Source: Bacteroidia bacterium (lineage in GTDB: Bacteria > Bacteroidota > Bacteroidia > M30B66). From it: 64,000 nucleotides of DNA. The stretch covers positions 2,560,001 through 2,624,000 of the forward strand of contig OZ257142.1 of the NCBI GenBank assembly GCA_965279035.1. Direction: 5' to 3'. The notes below the pieces were generated by a model. It was not told the origin of the DNA, searched no databases, and was given only the letters and a program-made list of their open reading frames with translations. This document shows positions 9,748 to 18,908 of this stretch, piece after piece. The translations under genes and the position numbers were made by a program. Every line of letters starts with the position of its first letter. Position 1 is the first letter of the stretch.

Positions 9748-11334
9748 ATGAATAAACTTCACCTTTTTATACAATGCACCATCTGGTTTTCTATCCAATT
9801 AAATGCTCAAAACTTTGAATGGATTCAAACAGATACAATTTTACATAATCTATCAGGTAGCAATCAAGAAATTCCAGTCTTTGCAACTGAAGATGCTGTA
9901 TATCAAGCTCGATTGGACTCGACTAGTTTAATTTATGATCAATATGACTTTGGTAAATGTGTCATTGAAGAAAGAACAAACCAAGGCGAACTAATCTGGC
10001 AATATTCAATTGGTGATTCAGTTTCTGTTCGTGATTTGGTTGTAGATGATTCTGGGAATGTATTTATCGGTGGACTGTTTCTCAAACGTTTCATTTCAGT
10101 TGGCCATACTCCAACGAGTAATACACAAGCAAATCAACCATATAGCTATAACATGTTCCTGTTATGCATTCATCCGAATGGTACATTTAACTGGATTCGA
10201 AATTTGAGTATTGGACTGAATGGATTAGAAAATGAAAAATTAGATGCTCTTGCAATAGATAATCAAAATCGATGCTGGTATGGCTATAATAATTTTGCGA
10301 AAATAAATATTCGTCGAATTAATGCTTTAGGTGAGGATGTTCAAACGTATTTAATTGATAAAGGATTGATTTTAGGTGATATGGATTTTGACAATCAGGG
10401 CAATTTATTTCTCGCTGGTGCTGTAGGAAATGGTCCCTTAACAATCAACTCTACCTCTTATCCAGTACCTTTTTCTTATAATTTTTTTGTCTCTAAAATC
10501 AATGCTTCAGGCCTAAGTGAATGGACCAATTTTTATGAAGATATTTCTTTTCAAACACCCTCTATCGACATTGATCCCGATGGGAATCCCGTTTTTTCAG
10601 CTCAGCTTTTTCAAAGCATGATAGTGGATACGTTTAACCTTGTACATCCTAATTTTGGAAAGGACTTTATTTTAGCAAAACTCAATACAGACGGTGATTT
10701 ACTTTGGGCTCGAAATGTTCCAAACCAACCGGGTCTTGGTAGTTTTGATTTGTCTTCTCGTAAAGCAATTTCTATTGATACGAATGGGCATATTTGGCTA
10801 GCTGGAGAATTAAGTGGAAGTATAGAATTTGAAAACAATCAAAGCCTGTCTTCTGGAGATATACTCAATACAGATCCCGCCTTTATTCAGTTTAATGCAT
10901 CTGGAATTGCAACAAATACAGCACATGGTGGAAGTCGTGCTCATGATTGGAACTGTGGAATGTGCCTAGCTCCCAATGGAGATATGTACTATACTGCCTT
11001 AGTTCATGATACAATCCATTTTGGCCCACTTGAACTACTATTGCCTTCAACCTATACAACAATTTTGGGTAAATGGACAGCCGATTCCACTGCTTCTATA
11101 TTCAGTCCGACCACTCCTTTACTATTCAATCTATTTCCCAATCCTTCCAATGGAATATTAATGCTAAATGGAGGTATAGCCAATCGAACTCGTATTCTCG
11201 ATTTTCAAGGTAGAATTATTCGTGATTTAAATGGAAATTCAGTTTATGATTTAAGCGACTTAGCAGCTGGTTTATATTTCGTTCAAATTTTTGAAAAAGA
11301 GAATGTTGGAGTATATCGCTGGGTAAAATATTGA
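9748..11334 (+). CDS. T9SS type A CTD protein with beta-propeller-like repeats
   Basis: Signal peptide from ATG 9748; repeated D..GN.F..G and G...W motifs; C-terminal LFPNPS.G...LAAGLYFVQI. Confidence 0.88.
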   Translation: MNKLHLFIQCTIWFSIQLNAQNFEWIQTDTILHNLSGSNQEIPVFATEDAVYQARLDSTSLIYDQYDFGKCVIEERTNQGELIWQYSIGDSVSVRDLVVDDSGNVFIGGLFLKRFISVGHTPTSNTQANQPYSYNMFLLCIHPNGTFNWIRNLSIGLNGLENEKLDALAIDNQNRCWYGYNNFAKINIRRINALGEDVQTYLIDKGLILGDMDFDNQGNLFLAGAVGNGPLTINSTSYPVPFSYNFFVSKINASGLSEWTNFYEDISFQTPSIDIDPDGNPVFSAQLFQSMIVDTFNLVHPNFGKDFILAKLNTDGDLLWARNVPNQPGLGSFDLSSRKAISIDTNGHIWLAGELSGSIEFENNQSLSSGDILNTDPAFIQFNASGIATNTAHGGSRAHDWNCGMCLAPNGDMYYTALVHDTIHFGPLELLLPSTYTTILGKWTADSTASIFSPTTPLLFNLFPNPSNGILMLNGGIANRTRILDFQGRIIRDLNGNSVYDLSDLAAGLYFVQIFEKENVGVYRWVKY

Positions 11335-11358
11335 AGTAAATTCTTAAAACTTTACAGG

Positions 11359-11808
11359 ATGAAATTCATTGAAAATTCAATTATAATTCATGCTTCGATA
11401 GAACGCGTTTGGAATACTTTAACCAAACCTGAAGAAACACGCAAATACATGTTTGGCTGCGAAACGGTGAGTGATTGGAATGTAGGCAGCAGCTTAGTTT
11501 GGAGAGGAGAATATGAAGGCAAGTTGATGGACTTTGTAGTCGGAAAAATCCTAGTGCTTGAACCTTTGAAAAAGTTGGTTTATTCAACTTTTGATCCTTT
11601 CTCAACTATAGAAAATATTCCACAAAATTATCTTCATGTTTCCTATAAATTGGAAGAAATTCCCGAAGGTGTTTTATTTCGTGTAACTCAAGGAGATTAC
11701 GATGAAGTGGCCGATGGCGATCGTCGATACCAAGAAGCATGGAACAATGGACTTGGCTGGTCTCCCATTCTTGCAGAAATTAAGAAGGTAGCCGAGCAGA
11801 CTCTATAA
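11359..11808 (+). CDS. SRPBCC/AHSA1 domain protein
   Basis: I.IHAS.ERVW..LT.PE, SDW.VGS, C-terminal GW..IL..IK. Confidence 0.9.
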   Translation: MKFIENSIIIHASIERVWNTLTKPEETRKYMFGCETVSDWNVGSSLVWRGEYEGKLMDFVVGKILVLEPLKKLVYSTFDPFSTIENIPQNYLHVSYKLEEIPEGVLFRVTQGDYDEVADGDRRYQEAWNNGLGWSPILAEIKKVAEQTL

Positions 11809-12189
11809 ATGCAATTCTCTTTGCAGCGTTTCTTTTTTACCTATTCGATTGCTTTCTCGATGTTGCTGCTTGCCTCCTGCAATAGGAGCGATTGCAATCA
11901 TCCTGCAATGAATTCCGTTTCTGTAACTATCCAAAATAAAAGTTCTCAAACTATTCATTCCCTTGAATTATTTCAAGGTACTAATCACACTAAATTAGGA
12001 CGGCTTGAACTCGATCAAACTGTTTGCTTCAACTATACTTGCGCTGGAGAGAGTACGTTTCGCATTATCGCTGTCCTTCAATCGGGCGATACACTTTTAT
12101 CCGAGAACTATGCCGAAGGTGGCTATCAACTTCATCTAATGATTGAAGATCATGTGATAAAATCTGTGAGGACTTCTCGCTATAATTAA
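11809..12189 (+). CDS. Hypothetical lipoprotein
   Basis: Lipobox LLASC; start codon abuts the upstream stop. Confidence 0.7.
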   Translation: MQFSLQRFFFTYSIAFSMLLLASCNRSDCNHPAMNSVSVTIQNKSSQTIHSLELFQGTNHTKLGRLELDQTVCFNYTCAGESTFRIIAVLQSGDTLLSENYAEGGYQLHLMIEDHVIKSVRTSRYN

Positions 12190-12204
12190 TAATTGAACGA
12201 GAAT

Positions 12205-12807
12205 TCAAATCGGGCTTGCTACTAATGCTGAATTGCCCAAGACCAAATCCCCTCCTCTTAACCACTCCTGCTCCCTATTTTCAGCAATGATCATGGGCAT
12301 TCGCTTCGCTGAATTATGAATCTGACTCATTAATTCGTTGGCTTCGGTGGTGAGGATGGTGTATGTTTTCAGGATTTCACCGGTTGATTTATCTACCCAT
12401 TCGGTCCACAAGCCAGCAAAGGCAAAGGCTTCCCCATTGGGAACTGTAATTTCAAATTTCTGTTTCTTCTTGCCTTTTTCATCCAGCCACTGCCATTCAT
12501 AAAAGCCATCCGCCAGCACTAAACATCGGTTGTTTGTGATGTTTCGGAAAGAAGGCTTCTCCCCTAGTGTTTCGTAACGGGCATTGAGGGTGTTTTTTCG
12601 AAAACTACTGTCTTTTGCCCAAGCAGGAATAAGTCCCCAATTCAGGAGCTCGATTGTTTGGGGATGCAGATGAGTGATGACGGGCGTTTGAGGATATTGA
12701 AATCCGTTGTAGATGCCGGGTGTGTACTGTTCTTCGTGAAGAAATTCAGCTTTAAATCGAACTTTAAGTTCCTGAGCCGATTTGGATTGCTTGGAGTGAA
12801 AACACAT
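12205..12807 (-). CDS. SOS response-associated peptidase (SRAP/YedK/HMCES family)
   Basis: Start ATG 12807 gives N-terminal MC (catalytic Cys2); WGLIP.W, NARYET, RCLVLADGFYEW, IH...RMP; TGATG coupling to umuC. Confidence 0.95.
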   Translation of the reverse strand: MCFHSKQSKSAQELKVRFKAEFLHEEQYTPGIYNGFQYPQTPVITHLHPQTIELLNWGLIPAWAKDSSFRKNTLNARYETLGEKPSFRNITNNRCLVLADGFYEWQWLDEKGKKKQKFEITVPNGEAFAFAGLWTEWVDKSTGEILKTYTILTTEANELMSQIHNSAKRMPMIIAENREQEWLRGGDLVLGNSALVASPI

Positions 12808-14066
12808 CAGGTATGAATGATAATGATATCGCTCAGTTTGGTGGTGTAGCGGGGCGATAGTTTTTCCTGCTTCATTTTCCACACGCGCTTCTGGTCCTGC
12901 GCTGCGAGCCGAATCTTCTGCTGTCCATACATCGCGTTAATCTTATCGACCGCCGTCATGAGCGGAATGTGAAGAGCGTTGCTATTGTCGAAAAGACGTA
13001 ATTGAGTTTTGTCCTGTGGCGTGAAATCCATCACAAGTACGCCCGCTTTTTTGTAGTGATAACCCTCGCGAAAGATATGCTTCAATGCCTGTTTAGCGAA
13101 TTTGGCGAGTTCAATTCCGGAGTTGGTTGCGAAAGGTAGCTTGACCACGATATTCCGGCTGTATTGGGGTAAATCTTTGCGGTGACCGTTGGTATGAATA
13201 AAGACCATGATGGTATTGCAGCAAGACTTCTGTTTGCGGAGTTTCTCAGCGCAGGAAACCGCGAATGTAGCTACGCGCTCCTCGAGTTCGGCGAGTTTGG
13301 TGTAATTGCGTTCGAAGGAGCGTGTGGTGGCGATATTTTTCTTAGGCTGAACCAGTTCAAGATCGAGTGTGGGCGAGCCTTGCAGATCGTGTTTGAGGCG
13401 TAGGCCGACGATAGACATGTGATGTTGCACCCAGGCATCGTGCAGCTGAGTGAAATCGTAGGCTGTTTTCACACCGATGAGCCGAAGCCGTTTGGCGTGC
13501 TGACGACCAATTCCCCATACATCTTCAATCTGAACCCATTTGAGCGCTTTGATGCGTTTTTCCTCGGTGTTGATGAGGTAGGAACTGCCCGTTTCCTTGG
13601 GAAATTTCTTGGCAATCCGATTGGCAATTTTCGCGAGAGCTTTGGTAGGGGCTATTCCAACACTGACCGGTATTCCAGTCCATTTAGTTACCCGGCGCTG
13701 CATGTCTTTCCCGTATTCCTGCAGATTGAAACGTTCGAAACCTTTGAGTTTGAGGAAGGCTTCGTCGATGCTGTATATTTCGATATCGGGTGTGTATTCG
13801 CCCAGGATGTTCATCACCCGCTGACTCATATCGCCATAGAGCGGGAAATTGGCGGAGAAAACGTGTACCTGATGTTGCACAAACAGCGCTTCGTATTCGA
13901 ATGCTGGGGCGCCCATGGGAATTCCAACGGCTTTGGCTTCGTTGCTGCGGGCAATCACGCAACCGTCGTTGTTCGACAGCACCACAATGGGTTTACCGAT
14001 GAGTTCGGGGCGAAAAACCCGCTCACAGGAAGCGTAAAAGTTGTTGCAATCAATGAGGGCAAACAT
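12807..14066 (-). CDS. umuC: Y-family DNA polymerase V catalytic subunit
   Basis: [28 protein letters not shown]-terminal W.MKQE.LSPRYTT. Confidence 0.96.
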   Translation of the reverse strand: MFALIDCNNFYASCERVFRPELIGKPIVVLSNNDGCVIARSNEAKAVGIPMGAPAFEYEALFVQHQVHVFSANFPLYGDMSQRVMNILGEYTPDIEIYSIDEAFLKLKGFERFNLQEYGKDMQRRVTKWTGIPVSVGIAPTKALAKIANRIAKKFPKETGSSYLINTEEKRIKALKWVQIEDVWGIGRQHAKRLRLIGVKTAYDFTQLHDAWVQHHMSIVGLRLKHDLQGSPTLDLELVQPKKNIATTRSFERNYTKLAELEERVATFAVSCAEKLRKQKSCCNTIMVFIHTNGHRKDLPQYSRNIVVKLPFATNSGIELAKFAKQALKHIFREGYHYKKAGVLVMDFTPQDKTQLRLFDNSNALHIPLMTAVDKINAMYGQQKIRLAAQDQKRVWKMKQEKLSPRYTTKLSDIIIIHT

Positions 14067-14515
14067 TAGAACGATTTAATCACGTGCGTGACGATTCCCC
14101 AGATGAGAAAGTCGTTTTCGGCGGTTACTTGAATGGGTTTGTAGAGTTCGTTGGCGGGCATGAGCCAGCATTCTTTTTTATCGATGCGAATGCGTTTGAT
14201 GGTGAATTCTCCATCGAGGTAACACACGGCAATTTTTCCATCGGCAGGTTGCAGACTTTTATCAATCACAAGCAAATCGCCATCGTTAATACCTTCATCT
14301 TTCATCGATTGACCTTTCACTCGACCGTAGAAGGTGGAAGAAGGATGTTTGATGAGGTGCTTGTTGAGATCGATGGTGAGATCGGTGAAATCCATTGCCG
14401 GCGAGGGAAAGCCCGCGCTAATGCCATCGGAAACGAGGGGCAAATCGAGTGCTGTATCCGAAAGAGCGGAATAGATATCGAGTGTATTGGAAGAATGTAA
14501 TTTGAGAGCAGCCAT
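14066..14515 (-). CDS. umuD: DNA polymerase V autoproteolytic subunit (S24 family)
   Basis: ISAGFPSPA cleavage site, GQSM catalytic Ser, FTIKR catalytic Lys. Confidence 0.95.
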   Translation of the reverse strand: MAALKLHSSNTLDIYSALSDTALDLPLVSDGISAGFPSPAMDFTDLTIDLNKHLIKHPSSTFYGRVKGQSMKDEGINDGDLLVIDKSLQPADGKIAVCYLDGEFTIKRIRIDKKECWLMPANELYKPIQVTAENDFLIWGIVTHVIKSF

Positions 14516-14524
14516 GCGCAGATG

Positions 14525-14596
14525 AGCAAGGCGGAAACTGGTGTATTACTGGCATTTACCAGCTAACGAACTCCTCCCTGCTACTTGTGCAAGATA
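14525..14596 (-). promoter_or_regulatory. umuD promoter (-7-like TATCTTGC) with hairpin-forming 5' leader
   Basis: Minus-strand TATCTTGC at 14596-14589; leader AGCAGGGAGGAG...TTCCGCCTTGCT can pair, with inner stem GCTGGT/ACCAGT. Confidence 0.45.
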
Positions 14597-14688
14597 CGAA
14601 AGGAGTAGAATGAAGATCGACTATGAATGAAAAAATACAGAACGATTCCAAGGACGTTGGAACGCTGTTGCAAAACGTTTGAAGAGAA

Positions 14689-14886
14689 TCACAGAGATTC
14701 TTCGTCTTGACTTTCGTCGTAGCGAAGATGTTCAAGCAAATCAGCTATTTTGAGAATATTTTGCTTCTCCTCATGACTCAAAACGGGGACGCTCGAAACA
14801 CCTTGATCAACAAAAAGGGGGTTTGTAGAAATGATTCCTTTCTGATCGAAGGGTTTTGCGGAGGATATGGCTTGATTCCTTTTCAT
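14689..14886 (-). CDS. Small hypothetical protein (65 aa)
   Basis: ATGA overlap with the stop of the upstream kinase; amphipathic C-terminal helix. Confidence 0.45.
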   Translation of the reverse strand: MKRNQAISSAKPFDQKGIISTNPLFVDQGVSSVPVLSHEEKQNILKIADLLEHLRYDESQDEESL

Positions 14887-16706
14887 TGTGATACAGAGGA
14901 AACGTTACTGTTGCTTGAAGATTGTGCAATAGTAGCAGGTTGTTTGAGTGTAAACTGAAACGGTTTAAAAGCAGAGTTTCCTTGTTTAGGCCAACGGAAA
15001 ATAAAGCGAGTGAATTTACCGACTTCCGATTCAAGCCAAATTGTTCCTCCACTTTCTTCAACAATTTTCTTTACAATAGCAAGTCCTACCCCAGTACTTT
15101 CGAACGTATCGCGAGCCTGAAGAGTTTGAAAAATAACAAAAATCTTATCGAAAAATTGTTCATCGATTCCCGGTCCATTATCTTCCACCGAGAAAACAAA
15201 ATCATCCTCCTCTTCAACACAAGAAACACGTATAAGGGTCAACTCTTTATCGCTGTGCTTAATTGCATTATTAATGAGGTTTGAGAATACCTGCTGCAAT
15301 TTCATTCGTTCGGTGAACAGAACAGGCAAGGATGGAGAAATGTCGACTTTGACATTCTCGTCTTGAACTAGAGTTTCAACCACTTCGTCAAGAAGTTCTT
15401 TCACATTCACATTGACGTTAGGACTTTTCACGCGGTCGGCACGAGAATAATCAAGAATCCCATTTATTAATCCTTCCATGCGCATGACGCGTCCTTTGAG
15501 CATTTTAAAATGATCACTTGCGTCTTCGGTAAATCGGTCTCCAATATCTTCTTCAATCCATGCAGTAAGATTGCTAATCGCTCGAAGCGGAGCTTTCAAG
15601 TCGTGCGAAACAACATAAGCGAATTTATCAAGTTCTTTATTCGCTTTTTCAAGGTATGTATAGTATTCAGCCATTTTCACCTCCGCCTTTTTGCGTTCTG
15701 AAATATCACTTTCAACGTGAACAAACCGAGATAAACGTCCATCATTTTCGACTATAGGCGTTATGGTCACTTGCACCCAAATAGTACTTCCATTTTTGTG
15801 ATACTTTTGAATTTCACCAGAAAAAGATTGCCTCTTTGAGGTGAGTTCCTGAATACGGGCTATTGTTTCCTTGCTCGTTAAAGGGCCATAAAACAAATCC
15901 TGTGGTTTTTTTCCAATAACTTCTTCAAAAGAAAAACCCTTCATTCGAACAAATCCTTCATTTACCCATTCGATAAATCCAAATTGGTCTGTAATAAGGA
16001 CTGAATTATCGGTACTAGAAGCAACAAGAGAAAGTTTCTTCAACTCTTCATTGTTTTTCTCAAGAGTCTCTTTTGCCTCAGTAACTTTAGCAATGACAAT
16101 ATTTTTGGAACTTTCTAGATTATTCGAAAGACTATAAATCAATAATGTTCCAGTACAATAGGTAATCAAGTAATCCATATTAAGCATATCGCCTGTTGAA
16201 TCACTATCGATGATATTTCTTACATCATGCCCAATGGTTGATGAGTAAATGTAAAAGAAGATTATGTTGATAATACTGATGATTGAAATGATCTTGCCTT
16301 CGCGATTGCCCAGCAACATAAATGCAACCAAAATGAATGAACCCAAATAGACCATCCCAGAATTTCGAATGCCGCCCGAATAGTAGGTTACAGCATGTAA
16401 AGTGAGAATCGAAGCGATGATTGCAATACGATATGAGAGTTTGTAATTAAGATGCTGGTTTAATGTAAAATAATTTAATCCAATAATGAATGTAAGTAAT
16501 ATGAGGGCTAATCCAATAAAGTCAAACCAATTAAAAATGGAGATAACTTGATACGTAATTGTTAAAGAAATCAGAAATGCAGTAAGGGAATACGTGCGAA
16601 ATAGATTGAGACGTTGTCGAGATATAAGATCATCTTCATGCAAGGGATGTTCCGCTTTGCGAATCAGAAGGAAATCAAGAATACGCTTGGTAAAGCTTTG
16701 TTTCAT
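14883..16706 (-). CDS. Membrane-bound PAS-domain sensor histidine kinase
   Basis: N-terminal multi-TM region, PAS/PAC (WVN.GF, DISERK), H-box SHDLKAPL, NNAIKH, DNGPGI, GVGLAIVKK. Confidence 0.95.
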   Translation of the reverse strand: MKQSFTKRILDFLLIRKAEHPLHEDDLISRQRLNLFRTYSLTAFLISLTITYQVISIFNWFDFIGLALILLTFIIGLNYFTLNQHLNYKLSYRIAIIASILTLHAVTYYSGGIRNSGMVYLGSFILVAFMLLGNREGKIISIISIINIIFFYIYSSTIGHDVRNIIDSDSTGDMLNMDYLITYCTGTLLIYSLSNNLESSKNIVIAKVTEAKETLEKNNEELKKLSLVASSTDNSVLITDQFGFIEWVNEGFVRMKGFSFEEVIGKKPQDLFYGPLTSKETIARIQELTSKRQSFSGEIQKYHKNGSTIWVQVTITPIVENDGRLSRFVHVESDISERKKAEVKMAEYYTYLEKANKELDKFAYVVSHDLKAPLRAISNLTAWIEEDIGDRFTEDASDHFKMLKGRVMRMEGLINGILDYSRADRVKSPNVNVNVKELLDEVVETLVQDENVKVDISPSLPVLFTERMKLQQVFSNLINNAIKHSDKELTLIRVSCVEEEDDFVFSVEDNGPGIDEQFFDKIFVIFQTLQARDTFESTGVGLAIVKKIVEESGGTIWLESEVGKFTRFIFRWPKQGNSAFKPFQFTLKQPATIAQSSSNSNVSSVSQ

Positions 16707-16859
16707 TTCTTGGATTTTTATAAGACAACAGTCTTAAAAGTCACTCGTTCTTATTCGTCAAACTTCCAAATTGGTTACTTATGTATGTATATTAAAGCAA
16801 TCAATTTGCACATACATCTTACACGAAATCTGATAGGTATACTATTTTGAAGTATGAAG

Positions 16860-17774
16860 TTACTCTTTTTTTAATCTACCAATTAAAGGAAACCATTTTC
16901 CTTGTCGAATTCGTGGACGAGCTAAAGCCAAGTATAATCCTGTACCTGAAATAAATCCGAAAACAAAACCTTCTCTCAAAAAAACAAAACTCTGACTCCA
17001 ACCTTCCATAAATCCAATTGCAATAGCAGCAAATAAAAAGATAAGCCCCCAACCAATGAGCAGTTGAATACCAGCCATAGTTATTTTATTTTGGACAGGT
17101 TCAGAATGGAAAAATTCGGAATGATTGAGTGTATTATTCATCATTCGTCCCCAAGCAATCAACATACATAAAACAAGTCCAATCCCAAGTAAATATGTTT
17201 GTCCATCGGAAATGAGTGCATTGAATAATCCGTGAAAACTAGCGGCAATGGGATAGGCAAAACAAAAAACTATGAATCCGGGAATATTAGAGCGTTTCTT
17301 CAATGCATACATACAGTAAGCTATAAATGAAGAAGTAAACATGTGCATAACAGCAGTATAAAATGCTCTTCCTTCAATGATGTGAAGGTTTTTACTGAAA
17401 TACAACACATTTTCTAGAGCTGCAAAACCCATAGCACCAAGCGATGCATATTTGATATAATCGAATGATTCGTTAATGATACGTTTACTAAATAGTAAGA
17501 GAAGAAAGGGAGATATCTTGGCCAATTCCTCTACAGAAGCAACAGAAAAAAAATGAAATTGAAATCGGATTGCAAAGTTTCCTTCTTGAGGAAGAGCCGT
17601 AATCTGAGGAAAGAAATAATAAACGCAAAATACACCAGCAACAGAAAAAACTCCTAAGAAAAAACAAATCCATGTGTATCTCCATTGTTCTGGTTCAAAT
17701 ACATCCATTTGGCGAAGAAAACGGATGTAAACCAATGCAATTAAAAAAGAAGCAATTAGAGCGAAATAGAACAT
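16860..17774 (-). CDS. PrsW-family intramembrane protease
   Basis: EPE motif, VEELAK, GFAALEN, and two His motifs (MHMF, FHGLFN). Confidence 0.9.
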   Translation of the reverse strand: MFYFALIASFLIALVYIRFLRQMDVFEPEQWRYTWICFFLGVFSVAGVFCVYYFFPQITALPQEGNFAIRFQFHFFSVASVEELAKISPFLLLLFSKRIINESFDYIKYASLGAMGFAALENVLYFSKNLHIIEGRAFYTAVMHMFTSSFIAYCMYALKKRSNIPGFIVFCFAYPIAASFHGLFNALISDGQTYLLGIGLVLCMLIAWGRMMNNTLNHSEFFHSEPVQNKITMAGIQLLIGWGLIFLFAAIAIGFMEGWSQSFVFLREGFVFGFISGTGLYLALARPRIRQGKWFPLIGRLKKE

Positions 17775-17851
17775 AAAGAGAAATAAAAATGAAATATACA
17801 AAAATGAAATTCTGGCATTTTAGAAACTATTAAAATGATGTAGCTTGCATT

Positions 17852-18370
17852 ATGATTTGGAATGACTTGCTTCAAATAACAGGAAGAACAGTAGCGGTAT
17901 ATTTATTTATCGTTTTATTTCTAAGAATATTTGGAAAAAAAGAATTAGCACAACTTTCTGTTGTAGATCTAGTTTTTATCTTGTTAATAAGTAATTCAGT
18001 ACAAAATGCCATGTTAGGTCCTGATACTTCTTTAATAGGTGGATTAATCGCAGCAGGTACATTATTCTTAATTAATTTTATATTTAAATACTTGTTTCGA
18101 AAGATTCCTCATTTCAATAAGTTTGTTCAAGGTGAGCCCATCATGCTGATATATAAGGGAATCGTTAAGAATGAGAATCTAAAGAAAATTCAAATGAGTC
18201 ATGATGAACTCGAAGCTGCTGTTAGAGAACATGGAATTGAATCAATAGCAAAAGTTGATATAGCTGTATTTGAAGTTGATGGAAATATTAGCGTTCTTTC
18301 TCAAGATTTCACTAAACATACACAACGTCGACACAAAACGCATAAACCCAATCTAAACTCCCCCATGTAA
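17852..18370 (+). CDS. DUF421 (YetF-like) membrane protein
   Basis: [11 protein letters not shown]...LLISN.VQNAM; REHG; E.DG.ISV. Confidence 0.9.
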   Translation: MIWNDLLQITGRTVAVYLFIVLFLRIFGKKELAQLSVVDLVFILLISNSVQNAMLGPDTSLIGGLIAAGTLFLINFIFKYLFRKIPHFNKFVQGEPIMLIYKGIVKNENLKKIQMSHDELEAAVREHGIESIAKVDIAVFEVDGNISVLSQDFTKHTQRRHKTHKPNLNSPM

Positions 18371-18906
18371 TGCATCCTTGGCATGATATATCACCCGGAT
18401 CGTTTCTACCTGAACGCGTATTGGCTATTATTGAAATTCCTAAAGGAAGTAAAGCTAAATATGAGGTAGATAAACCGAGTGGATTAATAAAACTTGATCG
18501 GGTTTTATTTTCAGCTGTTCACTATCCTGCAAATTATGGTTTCATTCCCCAAACATATGCTGGAGATAACGATCCATTAGATATTCTCGTTTTTAGTCAA
18601 ATTGATTTTCCTCCTTTAACTCTTGTTGAAGCAACTGTTATTGGGGTTATGCGAATGGTAGATAAAGGAGAAATTGATGCTAAAATTATTGCTGTTGCTA
18701 CTCAGGATATTTCTGTGAACTATTTAAACGAGCTTTCTGAATTACCTCCTCATACAATGATGGAAGTACAGCGTTTTTTTGAAGATTACAAAAAGCTTGA
18801 AAACAAGAACCCCGTAGTAATTCCGACTATTTTAGGTAAAGAAGATGCATTCAAAATCATTCAAGAAAGCATAAAGGAATATACAAAGCGATTTCCTAAA
18901 AAGTAA
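18370..18906 (+). CDS. ppa: Family I inorganic pyrophosphatase
   Basis: [33 protein letters not shown]. Confidence 0.96.
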   Translation: MHPWHDISPGSFLPERVLAIIEIPKGSKAKYEVDKPSGLIKLDRVLFSAVHYPANYGFIPQTYAGDNDPLDILVFSQIDFPPLTLVEATVIGVMRMVDKGEIDAKIIAVATQDISVNYLNELSELPPHTMMEVQRFFEDYKKLENKNPVVIPTILGKEDAFKIIQESIKEYTKRFPKK

Positions 18907-18908
18907 AT

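Noticed and set aside
12808-12882. N-terminal extension of SRAP in the ORF track
   Set aside because: Overlaps umuC; the SRAP family needs Cys at position 2, so the start is ATG 12807
13182-14500. Long overlapping or antisense ORFs within umuC/umuD (e.g. 13419-14069, 14084-14500)
   Set aside because: Shadow ORFs expected from higher GC and fewer stops; no recognisable motifs
14525-14582. Fluoride or other known riboswitch upstream of umuD
   Set aside because: GGAGTTCG is present but the rest of the consensus and a relevant downstream gene are absent
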